64,000 nt of DNA from Lentisphaeria bacterium. Lineage in GTDB: Bacteria; Verrucomicrobiota; Lentisphaeria; JABSQK01; JAWLHB01. Of this stretch, positions 58,183 to 64,000 are shown piece by piece. The number at the start of each line of letters is the position of its first letter. Positions within the stretch are counted from its first letter, which is position 1. The stretch lies in assembly GCA_041690595.1 (NCBI GenBank), contig JAWLHB010000009.1, positions 1-64,000 of the forward strand. The letters are read 5' to 3'. Under the pieces are notes generated by a model that saw only the letters and a program-made list of their open reading frames with translations, made no database searches and was not told the origin of the DNA. A program made the position numbers and the translations under genes.

Positions 58183-59220
58183 ATGCAGGAGCTGGCCCAC
58201 TCCATCCTGAGCACCCTCCCCATTCCCCCGGATACCGGTGGCCAGATCCTTGGACATTCGCGCCAGGGGAGAGCCATCCGCGGCTTTCGCCTCGGCCGCG
58301 GCACCTTGCGGATCAGCCTCATCGGCGGTGCCCATGCCGACGAGCCGGTGGGCCCCTGGATGCTGCGCCGGCTGGTGGCGTGGCTCCAGGCGCGGGAACC
58401 CGGTCATCCCCTCCTCCAACGTTACCAGTGGTGGATCGTGCCCCACGTGAACCCGGATGGCGAGGTCACGAATGCTCACTGGTTCGATCCCCTCGCGGAA
58501 TGCTGCGACTTGGCGACCTACCTGCGCCATGTGGAGCGGGAACCACCCGGTGATGACATGGAGTTCGGCTTTCCCAAAAATGAGGACGATGACGGATCGC
58601 GGCCGGAAAACCAGGCACTCTGGCAATGGTGGCGAAGTGCAGCTGGCGCTTTCGCCCTGCATGCTTCCCTGCACGGCATGGCTGTCGCCAACGGGCCATG
58701 GTTTCTCATCGACCGCGCCTGGAGTCATCGCACCCAGCAGCTGCAGCAGACCTGCCGCGACGCGACAAAGCGCCTGGGATACCGACTCTTCGACTGGGAT
58801 CGGGGTGGAGAGAAAGGCTTTACCCGCCTTGCTCCCGGCTTCTGCACCCGCCCCGACTCCCTCGCCATGCGCGAACACTTCCTCGCTCTCGGCGACTCCG
58901 CCACGGCGACACGATTTCGCCCCAGCAGCATGGAAACCATCCGCGACCTCGGCGGCGACTGCCTCACTCTCGTCTCGGAGATGCCCATCTTCATCGCCGA
59001 CGCCCTGCCGGACCGGCTGACGCGAGACGATCCCGCATGGTTGCGACTGCGCGAAGAACTGAGTGCCTGGCGAGAACGCGGCCGCCTCGCGAATGCCGAT
59101 TTCGCCGAGCTGTCGGAACTTGCGGATCGCCTGCGCCTTCGCCCCATGCCCCTCCTCGACCAGATGACCCTGCAGTGGACCTTCATCGCCTCCGGACTTG
59201 CTGCCGTTAATGGCGCATGA
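58183..59220 (+). CDS. M14 family zinc carboxypeptidase-like protein
   Basis: GHSRQGR, GAHADEPVG, PHVNPDG, SLHG. Confidence 0.85.
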   Translation: MQELAHSILSTLPIPPDTGGQILGHSRQGRAIRGFRLGRGTLRISLIGGAHADEPVGPWMLRRLVAWLQAREPGHPLLQRYQWWIVPHVNPDGEVTNAHWFDPLAECCDLATYLRHVEREPPGDDMEFGFPKNEDDDGSRPENQALWQWWRSAAGAFALHASLHGMAVANGPWFLIDRAWSHRTQQLQQTCRDATKRLGYRLFDWDRGGEKGFTRLAPGFCTRPDSLAMREHFLALGDSATATRFRPSSMETIRDLGGDCLTLVSEMPIFIADALPDRLTRDDPAWLRLREELSAWRERGRLANADFAELSELADRLRLRPMPLLDQMTLQWTFIASGLAAVNGA

Positions 59221-59302
59221 AGAGCGATCCGCAAGGCTGGATACCTGCCCGCGGCATGCTACTGTACAGGCTCAACCATGAACCCGAGGGGAGTGAGAAG
59301 CC

Positions 59303-60400
59303 ATGAGCGTACTGGACAAGCTGAACCCGAATGTCAACGCCATCATGCCATACGAGCCGGGGCGCCCCATCGAAGAAGTCGCCCGCGAGCTGGGCCTGGA
59401 TCCAGACAGCATCATCAAGCTCGCCTCAAACGAATCCGCCATCGGCGCTTCGCCAAAAGCCATCGAAGCCATGCGCCAGGCGCTCGACACCGTATACCTC
59501 TATCCAGATGGGGGCTCCTGGCTGCTGAACAACCGGCTGGCCGACTTCCACGGCGTCGATCGTCGGCAGGTCATTGTCGGCAACGGCTCCAACGAGATCC
59601 TCGAGCTGGTCGGACACTGCTTCCTCAATGAGTCGACATCGGCCGTCTTCAGTGCCCATGCCTTCGTCGTCTACAAGCTCGTATCGGTCCTCTTCGGCGC
59701 GCGGCAGATCGAAGTGCCGATGGCCCCGGGCCTGCTCCACGACCTCGATGCCATGCTCGCTGCCATTGCCGACGATACCACCGTCGTCTTTGTCTGCAAT
59801 CCCAACAACCCCACCGGCACCATCCTCGACGTGGAGGCGCTGGAGCGCTTCGTCAGGCAGGTCCCCGAGCATATCCTCATTGTCCTCGACGAAGCGTATG
59901 CCGAAATCGCCCTGCGCCCCATGCCCAGAAGCATCAACTTGATCCGCGAGCGCCCCAATGTCCTGGTCTGCCGAACCTTCTCCAAGGCCTACGGTCTGGC
60001 GGGGCTCCGCATGGGATATGGCCTCGGCGCTCCCGAGGTCGTGACCGCCTTGCAGAAGGCCCGCCAGCCCTTCAACACCAATCTCCTGGCACAGGTCGCG
60101 GCCACCGCCGCGCTGGACGATGCCGCCTTCGTCGAGGAAGGACGACGCATCTATGCCGCGGGAAAGGAACAACTCGAGAACGGCCTGCGCGAACTCGGGC
60201 TCGACTTCGTCCCCGGCTTTGCCAACTTCATGCTGGTGAAGGTCGGCGACGGCGGTGGCATGACGCGCAGGCTCCAGGAAGCGGGGGTCATCGTCCGCCC
60301 GATGGGGGGCTATCAACTGCCGGAGTACCTCCGGGTCACCTTCGGCACGCTCGCCCAGAATGACCGATTCCTCAAAACACTGGCCAGCCTGCTTTCCTGA
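59303..60400 (+). CDS. hisC: Histidinol-phosphate aminotransferase
   Basis: YEPG, IKLASNE, YPD, GNGSNE, CNPNNPTG, DEAYAE, RTFSKAYGLAGLRMGY. Confidence 0.95.
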   Translation: MSVLDKLNPNVNAIMPYEPGRPIEEVARELGLDPDSIIKLASNESAIGASPKAIEAMRQALDTVYLYPDGGSWLLNNRLADFHGVDRRQVIVGNGSNEILELVGHCFLNESTSAVFSAHAFVVYKLVSVLFGARQIEVPMAPGLLHDLDAMLAAIADDTTVVFVCNPNNPTGTILDVEALERFVRQVPEHILIVLDEAYAEIALRPMPRSINLIRERPNVLVCRTFSKAYGLAGLRMGYGLGAPEVVTALQKARQPFNTNLLAQVAATAALDDAAFVEEGRRIYAAGKEQLENGLRELGLDFVPGFANFMLVKVGDGGGMTRRLQEAGVIVRPMGGYQLPEYLRVTFGTLAQNDRFLKTLASLLS

Positions 60401-60434
60401 GCGAAGGTCATCGGGGGGAGGGTAGATAGCGGCT

Positions 60435-61238
60435 GTGGTACGAGATTTACGCTTGAGCGAGCATTTTCGCGAACAGGACCATGTGGTGGTGATTGCCCAT
60501 CGGGGCTTTTCCGCCCAGTATCCCGAGAACACCATGCTCGCCTTCCAGAAAGCCGTGGACCAGAAGGTCGACGTCATCGAGCTGGACGTGCGCGCCAGCC
60601 GCGAAGACATCCCCATCATCCTACACGACGCAACCCTCGATCGCACGACCAATGCTACGGGCTCCCCCAACGACTATTCGCTGGAGGAGCTGCGCTGCAT
60701 CAACGCGTCCCACTGGCGCGGCGGTCAGACAGACGGCTATCGCACCACGCAGCCGGCCTATCCACGTATGCCCATACCTTCCCTGGAAGAGGTGCTGCAC
60801 AAGCTTGCCCATCAGGTCTGCTTCGACCTCCATGTGCATGAAACCCAGCCCGCCTTTCTGGATCGCATCTCGCGTCTCTACGATGAATTCGACCTTTACG
60901 AGCAGGCGATCGTCTCCGTACGCAGCTTCCGGCAGGCGGAGCAGATTCGGAAGATCAATCCGTATGTCGAGTTGTGCGTGCGCGAGTGGCGCGGCAGCGA
61001 GGAGCGGGAGGTCGTCTCAGCTTGGCGGGACTTCGGTTGCCGCTATGCCTCCCTGCGTACCGCGGAGGTCACGCCCAAGCTGCACGAGGCGTTGCGCGAC
61101 TTCGGCATCCACGTGAGTGTGGGGGCAGTCAACGACCGCCCGGCGGTCTCCGAACTCTTGCGCGCCGGCGTGCGGGGCATCGTCACCGATCATCCCGACA
61201 TGGCCACCAGCGTAGCCCAGGCCCTCGGCCTGGAGTGA
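60435..61238 (+). CDS. Glycerophosphodiester phosphodiesterase family protein
   Basis: IAHRGFSAQYPENT, IELDV, ILHDATLDRTT, GIVTDHP. Confidence 0.88.
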   Translation: MVRDLRLSEHFREQDHVVVIAHRGFSAQYPENTMLAFQKAVDQKVDVIELDVRASREDIPIILHDATLDRTTNATGSPNDYSLEELRCINASHWRGGQTDGYRTTQPAYPRMPIPSLEEVLHKLAHQVCFDLHVHETQPAFLDRISRLYDEFDLYEQAIVSVRSFRQAEQIRKINPYVELCVREWRGSEEREVVSAWRDFGCRYASLRTAEVTPKLHEALRDFGIHVSVGAVNDRPAVSELLRAGVRGIVTDHPDMATSVAQALGLE

Positions 61239-61353
61239 AGCACCCCCCGATCCGTCCGATCCGCCTGATCCCCTTCCCCTTATTCCCATACTTCCCAGCG
61301 TGTGCTTGCTCATACTCATTGCCGAAGCGAGCCCGAAAGGCTACATTGCCGGC

Positions 61354-62517
61354 ATGAACGCAGAGCAAGACAAGTTGCGGGTGCTCCATTGCCTGAGCCG
61401 GAGCCAGATCGGCGGCGCCCAACGGCGCGTCGTCTGGATCGCGGAGCCGCTGCGCCGGCACGGCATCGACTCCATCGTGCTTTTCCCGAAAGACGGCGAC
61501 CGGGAGTACGCGGACTGGCTGGAGAGCATGGGGCTCCCGTATCATCGGCTCCCCTTCGCCTACCTGCGCGGCCTTCGACGGATTTGGAACAATGCCCGCT
61601 TCGGCTTGACCATGCCAAGAGTAGTAAGGCGCATCCAACGCCTGCTTCGCGAGGAGCGAATCGACCTCCTCCACGTCAATGGCGTGACCAATCTGCAGCC
61701 GGTCCTGGCGGGCTTGCGCAGCGGCGTGCCACTGGTGTGGAATCTCAACGACCTGCTGGCGCCGCGAGCGTACGTGCGGCTGGTGCGCCCATTGATGGAG
61801 CGGCCCGGCGTGCGCATAGCCGTGGCGACGGAAGCGATCATCGACAATTACCACCTGCACGATCTGCCCGGGTGGCAGTACCTGCCGGAGATCAGCAGCC
61901 CCACCCCGCCCCGCACCGGCCGGAACGAGCTTCGCGCGGCGCTCGGCATTCCCGTGGATGCACCGGTCCTTGGCTGCGTGAGCAACCTGGTCCCGCTCAA
62001 GGGCTGCGTCGATTTCGTCGCCGTCGCGGAGCGGCTGCTGGCGCAGAATCCACGCCTGCACGCCGTGCTGGTCGGTGGCGAGGCGGAATCGCAGGCAGGC
62101 TACGCGGCCCGGGTTCGCGCCATGGTGGCGGCCTCGCCCCACGCGTCCCGCATCCATCTCCCCGGCTTTCAGAATGATGTACCCGCCTGGCTGCGCACCT
62201 TCGACGCCCTCCTTTACCCGTCCCATACGGAAGCCTGTCCCATTCTCGTCCTCGAAGCCATGGAGGCCGGATTGCCGATGGTCCTGACCGCGGTAGGAGA
62301 AATCCCCAGAATGGTTGACGGCATCGACGTCCCCCTCGTCCGGCCAATGGATCTCGACGCCATGGAGCAGGGCGCGCGAAGCATGCTCGCCCTCGATGAA
62401 GCGACCAGAATCAGTTTGGCCCGTGACCTGCGGAAGCAAGTTGCCCAGCATTATAGCCTTGAGGCAATGATCGAGCGACATCTGGCCATGTACCGCCAGT
62501 TGACCGAACCGGTTTGA
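61354..62517 (+). CDS. Glycosyltransferase family 4 (GT-B)
   Basis: IGGAQR, PLKG, PSHTEACPILVLEAMEAGLP. Confidence 0.9.
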   Translation: MNAEQDKLRVLHCLSRSQIGGAQRRVVWIAEPLRRHGIDSIVLFPKDGDREYADWLESMGLPYHRLPFAYLRGLRRIWNNARFGLTMPRVVRRIQRLLREERIDLLHVNGVTNLQPVLAGLRSGVPLVWNLNDLLAPRAYVRLVRPLMERPGVRIAVATEAIIDNYHLHDLPGWQYLPEISSPTPPRTGRNELRAALGIPVDAPVLGCVSNLVPLKGCVDFVAVAERLLAQNPRLHAVLVGGEAESQAGYAARVRAMVAASPHASRIHLPGFQNDVPAWLRTFDALLYPSHTEACPILVLEAMEAGLPMVLTAVGEIPRMVDGIDVPLVRPMDLDAMEQGARSMLALDEATRISLARDLRKQVAQHYSLEAMIERHLAMYRQLTEPV

Positions 62518-62553
62518 CCGCGCAACTGTCCAACCTGCCATACAGATCCGACT

Positions 62554-63204
62554 ATGAAACTGACGGCATTTCTCGACCAGCTTTACGACCGGGGCGATGT
62601 CTTGGTCGAGCACGGCCTGGTCGAACTTGACGAGCGGGATCGCGAGGAATCGACGGCTTATCTGGAACGTACCTACCACGAGGACCGTCTAACCCTTGCA
62701 GGCGAGGCCCCTCCATTCGCACCGGAGGCGGCGGTATGGGCTGCTACCGTACTCTATCGCGCCTGCCAGTGCCTCGTCCAGAGACAGATACCCGCCCGCG
62801 AGGTGCGCCAACTCCTCCAACCCGAGTATCCGATGGTGACCCCGGCTGTTGCCTACAGCGCCGATCTGACCTTCCGCTCCCTGCGTGAGCTGCTGCGCCT
62901 CGCCCGCGGCCTTGCGCCCAGCGACGCGCTCGTCGAAGCCCTCCTCGATCTTGGGTCCCATTGGCCATTCTCCTCCACCGGCATCGACCATCTGCCCAAG
63001 CTGCGCAACCTGGGGACGATTCTGGAACATCCCGGCCTCCTTGCGGCCTATGCGGATCGGATCATCCTGGCGAAGGACGCCACCCGGCTGGAACCGCCCG
63101 AGGTAAGGAGCGCCATAGCAGGCGCACTCGGGGATCATGCGGAGCACTACTGGCCGGAGTATTCAGCCATCGTCTCGAACCTGAAGGAGAACCCGCATGC
63201 GTGA
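62554..63204 (+). CDS. bpX4-like protein of MoxR-vWA-beta-propeller ternary systems
   Basis: AAVWAATVLYRACQ, YSADLTFRSL, WPFSSTG, YADRII; overlaps the MoxR ATPase start. Family recalled, not searched. Confidence 0.6.
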   Translation: MKLTAFLDQLYDRGDVLVEHGLVELDERDREESTAYLERTYHEDRLTLAGEAPPFAPEAAVWAATVLYRACQCLVQRQIPAREVRQLLQPEYPMVTPAVAYSADLTFRSLRELLRLARGLAPSDALVEALLDLGSHWPFSSTGIDHLPKLRNLGTILEHPGLLAAYADRIILAKDATRLEPPEVRSAIAGALGDHAEHYWPEYSAIVSNLKENPHA

Positions 63205-64000
63205 CACCGCCCGTCAGCCATCCACTCTGCCGCGGCTCCAAGGCCATGTTCTCGACGCCATGAAGCGCACCTTTGTCGGCAAGGACGAGATTATCGATCT
63301 GCTCGGAATCTGCCTCGTCGGCGGCGAAAACCTCTTCATGCTGGGGCCGCCCGGAACCGCCAAGAGTGCCCTCGTCCAGGAACTCGGCAGGCTGATCGAT
63401 GGCCGCACCTTCGACTACCTGCTCACCCGCTTCACCGAACCCAACGAACTCTTCGGCCCCTTCGATATCCGCCGCCTCCGCGAAGGAGAACTCGTCACCA
63501 ACACCGAAGGTATGCTTCCCGAAGCGCACCTCATCTTTCTCGATGAGCTGCTCAACGCCAACAGCGCCATCCTCAACAGCCTCCTCCTCGTGCTCAACGA
63601 GCGGATCTTTCGCCGCGGCCGCGAAACTCGCCCCCTCCCCACCCTGATGGTCGTCGGCGCCAGCAATCGCCTCCCCGATGATGAGGCCCTGCGAGCCCTC
63701 TTCGATCGCTTCCTCATCCGCGTTCACTGCGACAACGTCGCGCCCGACCTGTTGGCCGACGTCCTCTCCGCCGGCTGGGCGCTCGAACAGCGCCAGGGCC
63801 TTCCCGAGATGCCCATCTCCGCCGCCGACGTGCAGGAGCTTCAGCGCCAGTTGCCGGAGGTCGAGCTGACCTCCGTGCGGGACGCCTACCTCTCGCTGGT
63901 CCAGCATCTGCGCAACGCCGGCATCGCCATCTCCGACCGGCGCGCCGTCAAGCTGCAGCGGCTCATGGCCGCAAGCGCCCTCCTCTGCGGGCGACGGCAG
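63197..64000 (+). CDS. MoxR/RavA-type AAA+ ATPase (3'-truncated by window end)
   Basis: Translated by hand from ATG 63197 (AAGGAG RBS): LGPPGTAKS, FDYLLTRFTEPNELFGP, FLDELLNANSAILNSLL, ALFDRF. Not in the ORF track. Confidence 0.92.
   Translation, partial: MRDTARQPSTLPRLQGHVLDAMKRTFVGKDEIIDLLGICLVGGENLFMLGPPGTAKSALVQELGRLIDGRTFDYLLTRFTEPNELFGPFDIRRLREGELVTNTEGMLPEAHLIFLDELLNANSAILNSLLLVLNERIFRRGRETRPLPTLMVVGASNRLPDDEALRALFDRFLIRVHCDNVAPDLLADVLSAGWALEQRQGLPEMPISAADVQELQRQLPEVELTSVRDAYLSLVQHLRNAGIAISDRRAVKLQRLMAASALLCGRRQ

Overview
GC-rich bacterial chromosomal window. It is probably from the PVC superphylum, possibly Lentisphaerota-like; this is inferred from FTLIELLVV pilin-like genes lacking Gly-1, DUF1570/DUF4159-type genes and a PVC-type TPR-like protein. 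Bases 1-7.9 kb are a visibly lower-GC accessory island abutting the 3' end of tRNA-Ser(TGA). It holds cassette-like small genes, a candidate selenoprotein with a SECIS-like hairpin, a small-protein/nucleotidyltransferase pair, a SEC-C protein, a duplicated promoter module and a 1235-aa Sir2-degenerate STAND-TPR protein. Next come an orphan DNA methyltransferase-SNase fusion, two multiheme cytochromes divergent from a heme-c sensor kinase/sigma54 activator, and an ECF sigma operon whose anti-sigma is fused to a DUF4139-like domain and followed by three secreted paralogues (the best candidate for an undescribed system). Further on are GH95 plus an esterase, queG, an imuA-less ImuB-like/dnaE2 cassette, a 174-bp composite repeat array, a pilin-marked glycan-utilisation cluster, an FHA-MoxR operon, hisC and neighbours, and the start of a bpX4-like/MoxR operon. 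All domain calls come from motif recognition by eye; no database searches were run.
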